A DNA stretch of 64,000 nt from Botryllus schlosseri (Eukaryota), in contig CM119372.1 in the NCBI GenBank assembly GCA_051294905.1, forward strand, positions 31,560,001 through 31,624,000, read 5' to 3'. Every line of letters begins with the position of its first letter. Within the stretch, counting starts at the first letter, position 1. This document shows, one piece after another, positions 1-14,781 of the stretch. Below the pieces are notes generated by a model. It saw nothing but the letters and a program-made list of their open reading frames with translations, was not told the origin of the DNA and made no database searches. Position numbers and translations under genes: made by a program.

Positions 1-1357
1 CTCAGATTGCACGAACGGAACTTTGCGGTTCCATTTCGACAGTTTTGGCCAAACAGAGACGATCATTTTGGCTATTTTTCCAAGCGGTATCATGCCCAAA
101 ATTTCATGTCTTCATGTGTATCGGCGCGGAAGGGGTTGACCTCGATATATCTCTTTCTCAAAGTCCCGTAAAAACTCGCTACACAATGCTACACTACAGC
201 ATCCCAACGGTATTCGGCAGTGTTTTCCAGAGAAGATGGTGTTTTCCGGAGAAACCAATGTCGAATAAATCTGATCATCAATTCAAACCAATTTGTGTAA
301 TACAAAGGTCGACACATTTTTATGATCAAGTCATATTGTAGTAACGACTTTTCTGCTTGTCTCACTTATTTCCTATTTGTACCCAACATAGGGACTTGGA
401 ATTTGTACAGATTATTTACAGTAAATCGCGCGAGGCGCGAAGAATTTATATTGTGGCAAGAAATATACAATATAAATATTAAAAGATCAATTTGCTGCGA
501 TCGCGATACAAAATTATACCCTTTGCGACCCACAATTTAAGACCTCCTTTAGATATATCGTGACCTGTTCCGCACTTGTCTGGCATCGAGCGTAAACTAA
601 TGAAAAATGAGTTGAGCGTTTGACGCGATGGGCCAGACATTGAGCGATCGGCGTTCTCTCTGTGTGTACCGGCTTCAACAGCGACAAAAACCATTGATTG
701 AAGGCTATTTGGAGCTCCATTATTGGTGACCCGCTATTGCTACCACCGCGGCAACGTAACGGACAATCCATTCAAGCCAAGCAGCGGTAAATTCCTCGTT
801 CAAACATACTCACTTGTTCGTAACAATGGACGGTTTCGGAATTTAGTTGTTATTAGAATCCATGGGGTAATGCAATGTGTCTACTAGGGTTGTTCAAAAT
901 TTGGAAAATGTTTGGAATTATGCGTGTCCATCGCTTATTCTGTAGATTATTGTTAAAAAACAATAATGGACTTGAAAGAAGCTCGCAGGAAAGCCGCTAA
1001 CATTTGTCTAAATGCGTTTGAAAGTCGTTGTTGAAGAGTGGGCGGGCCACCGACCGCAGAGGCGGGCAATCACGAAACCACGGTTCTTGATTGGGTAATC
1101 GGCTAAGCTTCACTGATTACTGCAACAGCTGACTCGGAATCGGGAGCTTGGCTTTATTAAATTGAAAGTCTGTTTTGCTGAGGTAGAGTCTTTTAGTAGC
1201 GGTTGTGGTTCTGTACAAGCGCGTTGTGGGTTGATGAGTCATTAGTAGTACTGTAACACGTGCTCTTTGAATGCTTCGGAGTCGATAGCAGTAGTTTATG
1301 ATTTGGAGCAACAATAGTGCAGTCATGGCAGAGGCAAAACGGCGATAGATTGCACAC

Positions 1358-2830
1358 ATGCCGCAGCGAAGAACAAGATCCAAATCTGAGCAGTACTTGG
1401 TCGGATATACTTGCGATTACATCTGTGGCTCGAGATTACCTACTATACGAGAAGTAATGAGTTACTTGCTGCATCTGAAAGAGCATTGTCCTCAGTCAAC
1501 CCCTACTGTGGTGGTGGATGATGTAATGACAGTGTGGAAAATGGCGAGAATTGCGACAATGCAGAAATCACATGTGGTGCGATCACTTCAAATCCTGCAC
1601 GAAAGATGGCGTGATCTGAAAAAGAATCCGAAACAGGAAAGTGATCCCAAGGGTAAGAGGAGAAAATTCACTGATAATTTGGACAATTGACATTTATCTA
1701 TCACATGAAAGAAAGCTTGAAAACATTGCATTTTATGAAGATCAACGGCAATCTCGCCAGTCAATAATGTTGGGAAGAGACAAAATTCTGGCTAAAGACC
1801 TCAAAAAGAAAACAGCAGCCATTGCAGATCAAACTGTTGAAAACGTTTCACACGACTCAAGTTGTGACTATGTTGTTTTAGCATCTTCGTCATCTTCAAA
1901 AGAGGGTGACAGTTTGAGTTGAAGTTCTGCCTACGATGCTGACGTTGGACTTGGCACCTCGACCCAATCCATTAAACTGATGGCACCTAAAAATATTATG
2001 AAAAATACGCATGTGTCCCAATCTCTGGATCGATTGCAAGTAACTGACAACGATGCAACGATGCTGATGGGAGCATTTATTAAGGCTTGTGGAGGAGATA
2101 TAGCCATGTTCTCCCTGTCAAGATCTTCAACGAAGATGGCCAGGGAAACAAATCGCCTGGAAATATCTCAGTACATTTTGAGAAAAATTGCCGAAAATAG
2201 ACCACAGCATGTTGCCATTCATTGGGATGGAAAGCTCACAGAGGAATGATTAGGAAATCGATATGAAGCTTTGTCAATTGTTCTATCTTGTCAACCTCAA
2301 TACTCGGAAGGAAAACTACTTGGAATTCAGAAGATACAAAATGCGGCAGGTCAGACACAAGCTGAAACTACTTTCGACATAATTAAAAAGTGGGAAAGTG
2401 GGATATACAAGATGCATTAACAGCTTTGGTTTTTGACACCACAGCAATCAACAGCGGCTGGAAGAAGGGTGCAGCGAAGATCCTTGAGGACATTCTAGTC
2501 AAAGACGTCTGGAACAAGGACACTACTTTGTCTGATTTTATTGGGCCACAGTCGTGGTACATATTTGATGTTTTTGAATGCTCTGGGGCGATGCTAGCTC
2601 AACCGGTTGATGTTTGGCACTTATCAGATTCCTACACCAGAAAGAGCTCCTACATCAGTTCTATCAAATTCGTTAATGATGCTGCAGAACGAGGTGTAAA
2701 GCTAAGCACAGACTATGCTGCAATCTTGACTGACAATGAACAACAAAGAGACAGTCTGCTTCAAGCTGTGGAACAGCATAGGAATACAGTTGGAGACAGC
2801 AGGAAGTCAACTCTAATCAAAAGACTGTAA
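1358..2830 (+). pseudogene. DDE transposase pseudogene (hATm-like), split by stops, frameshifts and deletions
   Basis: Successive ORF pieces carry HWDGKL, LVFDTTAINSG and VNDAAERGVKL motifs. Confidence 0.8.
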
Positions 2831-2965
2831 TCTGCAACTTGTGCCTGACAATGCAACACTGATCTGCAACGTACTTTTTTAATGTCTTTTGTAAATAGTG
2901 CTTTTCGCCTTCATTTAATTGTGAATAAAAAGTGTAATATGCGTGAGTCGTCGACTAGTCATAAC

Positions 2966-3490
2966 TAGGGCTGGGCAAAATCGAGTACCTGAGTGATTCG
3001 ATTCTGAATCACGTAAAATGCTTCGAGTCGAGTCGAGTAATCGAGTATCACTCATTATGACGTCATAGCAGAATATTATTTGTCAACGTTCAAATATGTA
3101 CCTTTTAAGCGACCACAAAGAATATAATGCCTGTTATCCATCATATTAGGGATACTTTGTTATTTTTTTCGACCATACCGATTTCATTGCACTTGGTGAC
3201 AATATTGTGGGATGATCATGACTTCGGAAATGTGCTATTTCCAGTAACGTAACTTTGTACTTCATGTTTCGTATGCTGCGATACGGCCAATCAAGGTTTC
3301 AAGGCTTCAACAGTGAAGTTAGCATAAACTCGTTGATCGTTGATAAACTCCTCGTTGGTAAATCAACTTTCAGTGGTGAGGAGCGTATAATTTCAGTACT
3401 CGAAAAAATCGTCTTTTACTACTCGACTCGAATCATTAAAATTAATACTCGATTCAGATTCGAGTACTCGAATCATTGTGCCCAGCCCTA
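2966..3490 (+). mobile_element. hAT MITE (TAGGGCTGGGCA family), nested in the 885-4110 element
   Basis: TIR TAGGGCTGGGCA/TGCCCAGCCCTA; perfect TSD GTCATAAC; second copy at 24662-25615. Confidence 0.9.
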
Positions 3491-6400
3491 GTCATAACAA
3501 GTACTATACTTATGGGTGAGACGTCGACTAGTCATAACAAGTACTATACTGAGATGTTGACTCCTGGTGATAAATTTTTGAGTTTCACTCACTGTCAGTA
3601 ACAATTGGAAAGGTTGAAGGTAGCAAGATGCATGCATCTAGTTTATTCGTATCTCAACTAGCGAGAGCACCTGTGCAATACATAGCACTTTTACACATTC
3701 TGCAGGTAGATATTAACTTGGGCGGTTGCAATGTTGTAGGCCTACTATGGACTCTTGATGACAACATTAACAACGGCAATATCTCATGTCTGCAATGCCA
3801 CCAACAGAAACGACTGCACAACAGCACGCAAAAATCGTTACCAGCAGTGTTCACGAAGTCGGTCTTTCAGCCAATCATTAGCTTATTATTACCAGCTTCA
3901 ACCAATCAGGATTAATGGCTTCTCTTTGCCCGCCCACTTCATCGATTCCCCGCCCACTCGCCGACGGCTACTTTCAAACGCATTTAGACAAATGTTACCG
4001 GCTTTCCTGCGAGCTTCTTTCAAGCCCATTATTGTTTTTTAACAATAATCTACAGAATAAGCGATGGACACGCAGAATTCCAAACATTTTCCAAATCTTG
4101 AACAACCCTAGTGTCTACCGATGTTATTACTCGAAGGTGAAGGTTTTCTTCACTAAGCCTGGACCAGGTGTCGCCATATCAGGAGGGACAATTTTTCAAC
4201 TTCATCGATGCAGCGGGCCGCATAGTCATTACACCGAAAAGAAATGTTCTACCGTTGCTTTTCAGAAGTGGCTGGAATATGTTAAGCAATGCGACGGATT
4301 TTCGCATTGAGGTGTACATTCTACATTGAGCAGTTTATATATGATTTTGTTAGAGAAGAAAAAGAGACTTTAGTGAACTCTATATTCAGTTAGCCTCCTT
4401 CGCTTCAATTCTGTAGCATGCCTACGAGCGGCACCCGACATTTGATAGTTTAGCTGCGAAAACCAAGGTAGATATTGAACCATGTTCAGCTATGTTCTGC
4501 TATTTGCCATATCAATTGATGGTCGTCTGACAACCCGCAGGTGAACCAATTATGATTTGCTCTAATCATTTAGTGGAAAAGTGTGCGCAAAGCTCCCCAG
4601 TGCAATATTTTAATGAGGTGCATCAGGACCAGAAATCTACCATTTGCTTGGTGCGGCACGTCCTATTTCGCAGGCATGGATATATACATAGTGACCTTGC
4701 TAATATGTTGGTATACTCCGCGAATCAAAACAAAGTTCACTGAATCACGAATATTGGAACGATATACGGATAGTATAAGAATAGCCATTTACGAATTCAC
4801 CATGGGACACTGAACTCGTTTAGGTTAGTGATTACATTAGCGAGCACCCATAATGTGTGAAGGGCCACTTTTCCAAGTTGGTATGGATCACGGTACACAA
4901 TATTGTAACATCGAAACATAAATAAGGTAAATAAATAAATAAATAAATGAATGAATAAGGTAAACTGCGTCACTTAATACACCGTTTTTCTCTGGCGATC
5001 GACATATTTACTTACTATGCCGAAGAAACGTGAATAAAAATAAAACATACTATGATTTCGTACTCGATTTTCATTTTGAATTAGGATTCACAACCCGATT
5101 TTTGAAAACGCTAAGCATCAACAATAAGGAGTTCATATTCGGTCAGAATCGTCCTGAGTTATTCTCAGACTGTTTGCAAATTGTCGTCAGTCTTTGGCCA
5201 GCGTAACGCAGATTCAGTTACATTCACATTATTTTTGTTGCGTTTTGGAGATTTGTGAAAAAGCTGCGTTGTCTAATCAAACACCTGTGACAATACTTCG
5301 AGAGCGCGGAGTTTAATCGTACTTTTTTATGCAAGTGATGCCATTTTCATCGCACTGCGCGCGATTTCGTGCCTTTACATTTCAATATGAACAGTAACAT
5401 AAAATGCCAACATGTTAGAGAAATAGGCGTATTGGCGATAACCACGCATTGAGCAGGATTATGACTCTAGGCTAACAGGTGGGCCACAGAACATTTTCAA
5501 ACCAGAAAATGGGCCACTGCCAAAAATGGTTGAGAATGTTCTAATATAATTCATCGAATATTTTAATTACTATCTTTGAAATCTCAGTATTGTCTGACGC
5601 AGGAACTATATAGTATCGTGTGTTCGTTACCTTGTTTAAAACTGGTCAAGATCCATTTTATACTGTCGCTGGTGTCATGCCTACATCATTATCATCCGAG
5701 GCTTGCGGTAAGTAAATCCTCGATAATTCGTTGTTCAACTTATTATTAACTTTACTATCGCTATCGGTCAAGCAAAAATGTTTAAGTACCATATAATAAA
5801 TGTCCAAAAGACATTTACTGGTGTTTATCAACCATTTTGACCTTGCGGTAACCTTAACACTTTGACTACCCTGAGTGCAAGATGGAAAAAGCTGATGTTG
5901 TTAACTTATGAAAGGTCTTCAACTACACCTTATCATCGTATATCCGCAAATACTGATGGTTGTGACTTCCGCATTGACAATGTCAAATTCACTTCCAAAG
6001 TATATAGTGACAATAGGTAAATACGGACTTTTTTCTTCATTGCCTTGGATACTGATCAATTTGAGTATCTATTCAAGGAACTTGCCCATAAATGCAACTT
6101 TTTACTGCAACTTTTATGAAAAATAAGTGAGAATTTCCACGGATATGACTGCAACAAAAAATTGCCCTATCGATAAGCGATCGCCACCGCGTCGTCGGTT
6201 CAACATTTATAGCCACGTAGATACAGATTTTCTGGTGATGATGACTGCCGACCGTTAAAATGCTGCATAACGATGTAGTCCAGGTTAAAGATATTTTTGA
6301 TTTGTTTATGACAGGGGTCGGAAACCTTTTTCGTCAACGGAGCTACCCTATATTTTCAATTGTCAATGTCGATCCATTATGACGTCGCAATTAAATATTT

Positions 6401-7439
6401 GCGACGTCATGAGGAAATAACAAAAAAAAAACGTTTTTAACAGGGCCATGTTGTAACATGTTTGTTTCAAATTTATTTTTGTTTTAAATGCAACATTACG
6501 TGTAACCCTGATGTACCTTAGGATCCGCAACATTGGCGGAAAGTCGCAATGTCAGTCAGACGTTCGCAAACAGTTCGGTTAACGTTGTGGCTGGAGATCA
6601 GATACATGTGAACAAGGTCGTCTATAACATCGCGAAAGCTGAACACAATGGAGGCCCTTCTGATCAAGGTTAGTGTAATACTGTGGTGATTTGTTATGGT
6701 GCTACGACAACAATACCGCCTGGGCCACGAATAACCGGCGGTGCATGGGGTGGACATCCCTGGTATATTTTAACGATTACTTTGTCACAGGAATTAGTAG
6801 CCTTTTTGTCTCAAAAGGGCTGTTAAACATCCAATTTTTAAACCTATGCGTGCTATAATCCATTACAAGTATTAGCTATAGTCATCGTTTGCACAGTAAC
6901 TAGTTATATTTTCAGTTGATAAGAACCATTAACAGCGATCTCGCAGATGAACAAACACTACGAAATTTCCCCCTCCTGCTTGATTAGCTAAGCACTGGTG
7001 GTGATGAGGCCGTGTCCCAAAATCATCACCACATGTTGGCCGAAACCTTCGATATTGATATGATCAAGCACCGAATCGTCTTTATCCAAGCCCCGCGCGG
7101 TATAAATGAGAAGGAAAAATAATGCTCCCCGTGTTGAAATGCGAATTGAAATGGATTTTTTCTTTAGTTTAGTTTGGTACGTGTGAGGTGTGATCGATCC
7201 CAATATCTTTCGAGTAGCGGCAATCATTAACCGAGTTCACAAAATACCAACATGCTTCAACAAAATAATTATTAATATTGACAAAATTGAATCCCTAACT
7301 CTAAAAAACTTCGCGCCTCGCGTGGAAAGAAAACTGCTCAAATGGAGGCGGGTCGTGGGGTGGGGCGAATATTTAAGTCCTAACATTAAACATTGCACAA
7401 ATGCAATAAAAGCTGACAAGCGCTCATTTTCAATATAAT

Positions 7440-8895
7440 ATGATGAGCAAGGAAAGATTTGATATTTCAGCCCTGATCAAATCCATAAACGACAATGCAT
7501 CACGAAAAACTGCAGATAGAGCTCTCGAAGACTTCGGCGCCGAGGAACTCCGCAAACCAGATTTCGAAGTACATCCACAGATGAGACGGGTCAATGGGTC
7601 AGGATATTTCAAAGGCAATTACGAAGAGGTGTATGACATGGAAGTCCAAATGAATGCGAAATGGTTTGGGCGGCAGAAGAAAGAGGTTATGAAAAATCAA
7701 TTTAGAAGAGAGTTTGGGTTTCTCCGACAAAAAGTTGACGACAATAAATTCATCACGCTAGATGAAGTTTTGCAGCCGGATATAGAGAAAAATACCATCA
7801 CCACCATCGTTGCGTCTGCGGGATCGGGAAAAACCACTCTGATGCGCAGAATCGCCAGAAGAACTATTGACTATTCGCTTTCAACTACTAAAGTTACATC
7901 AGATCCCAGTCGTATCAAATATAAAATGATACACTACATTGAAATAAAGGACATTGACAATGGGTACATCAAACCATCAAAATTTCTCTTCGGTGGCCTC
8001 TTTCCGAATGAACGTGACGAGGAGCATGCATACCAGTGGTTGCTCGAAAATCAATCAGATTCAGTTATATTTTTCGACGGTTTGGACCAGGCCTCGTGGA
8101 AAATCGATACCAAGGACGTCAAAAACATAAATCCGTTTAGTACTGCCGACGCAGCAACGGTAATGTGCAATATTCTCTCACGTAATCTACTCACAGGTAC
8201 AAAAATCGTGATATCTTCGCGAGAATTTCAAGTGTCAGAGTTACCCGCGGAAGCGCGACCTGCCGATATCATCACACTTTCTGGCCTGACGCTAGATGAT
8301 GCGCAGAAGCTTTTCGTATTTCTGATAGGTCGGGAAGGGGGTGAAGCATGGGAGAGAATAGAAAGGATGTCGCCAAGGCTACTTAATTTGGTATCCGTTC
8401 CTGTATTTCTCGTCCTAACTGCAGTGATAATGTCCAAGGATCCGACTAAACCTCCTCCTGAAACAGTCACCGAACTGTACAAAAGAATCATTTCCACTCT
8501 GAGCGATGTGAAGAACATTAGAAATGCCGAAGATATCGCCGAAATTATTAAAAAATTGAAAGCGATGGCCTATCGTGGTATGAAAGAAGGTAGAGTCGTA
8601 TTTTATGAGAAGGATTTGATGACGTTTGGAATTTCAAAAGAAGAAGTTCGTGACCTCTTGATGAAGGTACCCGGAAATAAGCTACTCAGTCGCAATCTAT
8701 TCCAAGGCGATTTCATTTTCTTCTTCTGTCATCAAAGTCTACAGGAGTTCTTTGCAGCGGGCTTTGTTGTTGAAAAGGAACTATTTAAGTTCATGAGCTT
8801 CAACTATAAACATCTTCACAAAGAACGTTGGTCCGTCGTCCGCAGATTCGTGTGTGGCATCATTTATGATGAATCGTCAGATCATCTTCACGAAG
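7440..8895 (+). CDS. NACHT-domain (NLR-like) NTPase, large first coding exon
   Basis: Walker A ASAGSGKTTL, Walker B VIFFDGLDQ, VISSR sensor, winged-helix FCHQSLQEFFAA; in-frame stop upstream of the ATG; donor G|GTGAGT at 8895/8896 (phase 1). Confidence 0.9.
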
Positions 8896-9985
8896 GTGAG
8901 TCTCCCAGAGTACTTTTCTATATGTATATTATTATTTCCGGTACTTTCAATATTATTTTGAACGTAGTCTTACGAAGATGTATAAACACATTTTTGTCAT
9001 GACATAATTCTCCCGATGCACTCTCATCACTGCAGAATAACAATACCCATGTCATATACGAGTTTACTAACATCATAATGCAGTCGATTTAAAACATAGG
9101 TGGAATGCAACACAACTATATAAATATTAATTATAATTTTGTGTAATACCATGTCGAATACTAAGATTTTCCGGGGAACGGGGTCAGACGTAGGGCAAAA
9201 GGTTTTGGGTGGGAGTGGCTATATCGTGACTGAATTCTGGTGTACGATGCTATATCGCTTGTCAAATTTGATGAATGAAATTAAATCTTAACATAAACAA
9301 ACATTTGGTTGCAACAACCGAGAGAGTTATCTTGAGAGCTAAATTCTTCTCATTTGTAAAAATATTGGACCCAACTTAGCTTTACGATGTCGCATCGAAC
9401 AGACTGAAATATACCCCGGTCGTTTCCAAAAGATGGCAGTAAGTACCTACCTAGAACACGGTCAATCCGTAAACACGGCAAGGCTGCTGATTGAGACGTG
9501 TACGAGCGCCAATAATCGACACTCGCGAGTAGCTCCTAAACTTTGTAGCGAGGACTAGAATTTTTAGGGATATGTGAGGACCACAGTTGTGACTTAGTCA
9601 TAGCTACATATCGAAACTTTTGTACACTTTTCTTGCAGCATTATTGGTTGGCGTATGGAAGATTACCCGTTAATTACGGGTGGAAACTACACATCAAAGA
9701 AACCTAAGATGGTATAGAAGTATACCATTGTCACATTTGAAGATAAACTTTTGTACAAGATGATTGAATATCTACATTAAAATAAATAATTAATCGGTTT
9801 AATTGGTTAACAAATCCAACATGATATGATACCATGGTTACATGGTGTCGTAGTGATAACTGACGTCCGAGTTGAAATGTTTTAGGCAAAGTCTAAGGGC
9901 CAACGTATCTGCGTACGTCCTACATTGTGCATTATCTTTACTCACTTATTATTATACCCCGACAGGTTTTTATTTTTTATGACAG

Positions 9986-10299
9986 TATCAAATCGGTCGG
10001 TGAAACAACATGTTCTATCTCGCTCAATTCGTTCCCAACTCAAGGAGAAGACTGTAAAGGAAGATAAACACATGCGTATGGAACTCTATACTGCAATTTA
10101 TGAATCAGACGACGATGTTCTCGTGAAATACCTTTCCGTAATCGATGCATCTGATATCGCATTAAGTCGTGATGAAGCTCATATCGTCGGATCACTCGTA
10201 GCAAAAACTGAAAGTCTGATTTCGTTAAATTTAAACGACTGCAAACTCAACAATGAGCTATTGTCGATCATATCAGGATGTCTGGAAAATCGAGTACAA
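9986..10299 (+). CDS. NLR-like gene exon 2 (start of LRR-like region)
   Basis: ACAG acceptor is phase-compatible with exon 1; LISLNLNDCKL LRR-like motif; donor CAA|GTAAGT. Confidence 0.8.
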
Positions 10300-10824
10300 G
10301 TAAGTTCTGGCAAAAAAAGCAAATTGGGTTGATAGATCACCGGGTAGGAAAATTCCAGGAGGGGGTCATACGGGCTGAATGGGTCGGGTGTATAGTCCAT
10401 ACACGATCCATGATGTATATAGTGCTAAATGTACTCTGTCTTTTAAAGATGATGTGGTCACAAATCATAGTTGGAAGTTAAAAAAGAAATAGCGGTCATT
10501 CCACTCAAAAAGCCAGGTATTCGAACTGAAACCTGCACTTAATGAATACATCACTCTTCACAATAGAAATACATAGATGTGCAATGTACATGTTGCAATG
10601 CATCACACACTAATTTAGGCTATACCTGACTAAACGTCGTTCGTTGAGCACCGAACCCGCACGCAATTTGGACAGGACATTGCTACTAGGCTAATAGTAT
10701 ACCCATTTTATACCCATTAAATATATCAAATCGTTCGAACTTAGCGGTTGCTGATATGAATCATGTACATAACCAACCAGTTCTTGTTCGTAAACGTGGT
10801 TCGTAATATCCATAGTAGGTACAT

Positions 10825-11428
10825 TAAGTTTGTTCAAAAATTATTTTTTTCGGATTCCGGGGATTCAATGGCTTTTAGGTTGCCTAAAAGAATGCTGCGC
10901 ACCACATTTGGCTGGATTCCAACCAGTAAATGTGACCTCACAGGTGCTGGAAAATTTTGAACTTATTACACCAAAATTTTCTAGTTTTTTTTTTAATTTT
11001 CCTGTCAACACAATGAAATAGTCGAGTTGTCTACAAAAACGACGCAAAATAAATTTGACGTAATTCCAACCCGTAGAAGCGAAGTTATTTGACTTTTTCA
11101 TTAAAAATTCTGGGATTACCATCCATCCAGGCTATTTTGCGAATCCAAAATTTGCAACTGCAATAACTTCGCTTTTACCGGTTGGAAGTGAGCAAATATT
11201 GTTAAGTGTCGTTCTTTTAGACATCTTAACAATTTGATGAGGTTGACAGCAACATTTTAATTTTTTAAAATCTTTTTTCATATACATTCGGAATTTTCAA
11301 ATTCCTGTGCGTTCTCATCTACCAGTTGGCATCTAAACAAAGTTGGTGTGCAGCATTTTTAGGGTATCCTAACAATTTATTCAGTGAATCCCCAGAATCC
11401 GGAAAAAAGTTATTTTTGAACAACCCTA
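10825..11428. mobile_element. Palindromic MITE with hATm-like ends (TAGGGTTGTTCAAAA family), diverged
   Basis: Long imperfect inverted arms; right end TTGAACAACCCTA matches the 885-4110 TIR tip; TSD degenerate. Confidence 0.7.
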
Positions 11429-11919
11429 ATGTGCAATATCGGTATACGCCTTACTTTAGGAGAAGCATAATTCGTCATGGTAGAATTTCGTGTTTATTTT
11501 TTGTAAGTTGTGGTCTTCTGTTCGCTCCCAGTGCCATATTCCCTAAAACGTATTAGCTGAAGTTGGGGTTCGCTCTAAAATTTGAGTGCCACAGTTTGAT
11601 TTGTCCTGGTAAATGTAATTAAACCAGGATTTGTGAATCTGTTATCGTATGCGGTGCAGCATGAGCTCATTATGCGAAGTATGTTGCTTTCAGAGCACCA
11701 TTTTCATATTGCACCCTGCCTTATGAATTCTCAAAAGGCTGATCAGTGATCATCATATTGCATGAATCATCTTATAAAACCATGGAACTGGAAATCTGTA
11801 AATGTACTATCCACTCGCACGGCCACATTATAAACCTCAAATTATACAATAAAACGAAACAACATAACAAAGAAATGGATAAACGTGGTAAAAATACAAC
11901 ATCAATCATGACAATTTTC

Positions 11920-12070
11920 GTGTCAACCGGAACGAGAGTACATCATAAAGTCCTAGAGCAGTGGTTGTTAGACTTTTTCAGAGACGCCCTTGCTGATGAT
12001 GAAATATTTCGCGCACCCCTTGATCGTCATGACAAAATATATTCAAAAGGGCAACCAGAATGTTCACAAT
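11920..12070 (+). repeat. Dispersed repeat (hAT-like CAGTGGTT end plus flank); inverted homologue at ~18105-18275
   Basis: CAACCGGAACGAGAGTACATCATAAAGTC...GCTGATGATGAAAT recurs reverse-complemented near 18.2 kb. Confidence 0.7.
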
Positions 12071-13277
12071 CCCAACGCATAGTTTGATGGCATGGTAGGT
12101 TTTTACTGTTGAGCGGCATTCTCAAATGTGAAATTCGGACTATACACGGACCAACTGAAATGAGCTGGAGATATATGGTGCCGAGCGCCAAATAAGTTTC
12201 TATTGACTTTTTTGTCAAAAATAATCATGTGCAATGGTAGTTCGTAGTATATAGATATTTTAGCGATTTGGGTGTCTAATCCCACTTGAGCTTGGCTCAC
12301 ACCTAAATTAAAAACTTGACACTTTTACACGGGACAAACAATTCTTCTCTATGAGTCTCAGGTGCAAGGCAAGAGAATGATTTAGTTGTGTAATTTTGGG
12401 CTGCCATAAAATGCGCTTCCTAGGAATGGCCTTTCCACGCACTCTGCACAAATGCTCGACAGACATGCCACAACAACATGAGCCAACAGCTACACAAATT
12501 CATCATAGTTAACCGTAATTCAGAGACCTCTTATGGTCGTTATCAGTCAAAATCTAGCATCGGTTTATGCATGGCAAGAGACAATTACGACATTGAAAAT
12601 CGTATATATAGGATAATTGCCGTTGCTGCAACTTGGAAGTTTCAGCAGAAATTAAACTCATTCCTAGTTCAAGAAACATAATTCCTCACAGACGGCTCCG
12701 CGCCCCCTTCAGATGCTTTAACGTCCCGCAGTTTGACAACCATTGTCATAGATTGATGTATGACTGTCATATAATTTGATGAATATATACGTAATACAGC
12801 GTTTTGTATAGAAACAGAAGTAAAATGATATACAATAGGGAAAAAAAGTCAAGAAATTGTTTGATTTGAGACTGACATTCGCGATTGGTTCGCATGCACA
12901 ATTCAAAAATATTACGATATTTGCAGGTGAAAAAACTGTCTTTGTTTCGCAACAGTACGTCCTCAATAGCACTACGGTCACTTCTTGGACATCGAAGCAT
13001 TAAATCGCTATCAGGAAAATTGGATTGGAAAGTGCGTTGATACTATGATTTAGTGTCGCACTCTTGGTTCATGATGTCATTGTAGTACAATGATCCATTC
13101 GATGCTTTACTTCTATTTTCCAGTCTATTTCCACAAATGTTGCTTTTACGGCCACGCCTTCCGCAGTATTCCCAGTGTCATTGAATTTATATCATCATTA
13201 TGGCTACCATATGACGTCACGGTATTTGGTCAATCATCGATACAATCAATCAATCAAGCTTCTTATCTGATATTCAG

Positions 13278-13379
13278 GTTGTCGTGCTTGGTTCAGATAC
13301 ATTTGATGTCGAATTGAGAAACGACGAAGATGTTATCACCATAAGCGGCGGCGTTTTCGCAGGACAGTTCAACATCAAG
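13278..13379 (+). CDS. NLR-like gene predicted exon 3
   Basis: TTCAG acceptor, 34 open codons (VVVLGSDTFDVELR...), AAG|GT donor, phase 0/0. Confidence 0.55.
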
Positions 13380-13551
13380 GTTGGATATCAATATTTTTTA
13401 AATGTTATAACAAGTTACTGCTGAAGATTGAAATGACTTGATTGAAAATAACTTTTTTCAGTCTTGCTTTACCTGTGACTTATGAGTAAAATATTTTATG
13501 GTACTCTAAAATGGAGCTTATTGTCGACTTGTAATCCAAACTAATAACAGT

Positions 13552-14518
13552 CAGTGTTGGGATCAAGTCACTACCTTCGAGTCACGAGTCATTTCGAGTC
13601 ATTGCACATTTTGACTCGAGTCAAGTCAAGTCAATCGATTTTCGAAGGTGACTCGAGTCAAGTCAAGTCACTCGATTTTTGGAAGTGACTCGAGTCAAGT
13701 CGAGTCAAGTCAAGTCAAGTCACGAGTCAAGTCATAATTCAAGTCAAGTTGCCTTTTCAAAGTATGAGGCATGCTTAAGTCATTGCATTTTGCTAGCTGT
13801 CTGAAATACAGATTGATTGGTTATTGATTCCGATCCGATGAAAGAATAAAGAGTTAAATGTACAGTACACGCAAGAATAGGCGCTGCATCGCTAAACTAC
13901 GTAAGAAATTGCATAGCCTCAGTTTATAGTTACCAGCCAAAATAGAGAATAGAGAATAGAGAAACGAATTGATAAGATGCAATACATTACCCATTTACAA
14001 ATTGATATGATACAATTCGAGCCTGTGCTCGTGGTTGATGACTATACAAACTATATTCAAATTCAATTATAATAAAAAAGAGAGTTTTTGTTGAGGTAAG
14101 AACAGAGAACAGAAATAGACATTTTGCTACTAAATTACTTTACTAATTTACGACAACGTAAGCTGTAAACTGCGATCACTTCGTTTGCGGTCAATTCATA
14201 TGTGAGAGAACAATGGAGGCTCAGTAAAACGCACGATCATTGAATGATTGGTCACTCTAAAAGGTTATACACCATCGTTTCGCGAAAAATCTAAACATAT
14301 GCAAGATACAGTGATTTTTATCGACATCGATTGCTTGATGACTTGAAATTGACTCGTCAATTTTGCTCCAAGTCACGAGTCAATCGACATTTCTGATACG
14401 TCGAGTCAAGTCAAGTCAAGTCATTTTAGCGAAGTGACTCGAGTCAAGTCAAGTCATACGAAAAAGGTGACTCGAGTCTGACTCGAGTCAAGTCATGACT
14501 CGAGTCATCCCAACACTG
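13552..14518. mobile_element. hAT MITE with GACTCGAGTC/GTCAA subterminal repeats
   Basis: TIR CAGTGTTGGGAT/ATCCCAACACTG; perfect TSD ATAACAGT; relatives at ~30302-30780 and ~55640-56390. Confidence 0.9.
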
Positions 14519-14781
14519 ATAACAGTTACCACGTTTTCCAGTTGGGTACCCTCAGTGTATGTATAGCCTACTCGGTGAATGTAATCTAGATTCTAGGAAA
14601 TATTGAGAACGTAACCATTGCCAATATTGAGAACGTAACCGCTACTAGTTTTGTTGGGTGTGTTTCAGTAAGTGAGACCAACAGTCATGGTAATCGTTTG
14701 AACGTAAGTCAGGGAATGCAGCAATTAGAAATTTGTTGTTGGTAGATTGTGGTGGTAACGAAATACATATGCTTTACATAG

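Larger units (their letters stand above)
885..4110 (+). mobile_element. hAT-superfamily (hATm-like) DNA transposon, decayed
   Basis: Long (~165 bp) TIRs starting TAGGGTTGTTCAA and ending TTGAACAACCCTA; perfect 8-bp TSD GTGTCTAC (877-884, 4111-4118); internal transposase remnants. Confidence 0.9.

Noticed and set aside
8896..9002. 3' tail of the 520-aa ORF (hydrophobic, TM-like)
   Set aside because: Read-through into the intron after a strong GTGAGT donor
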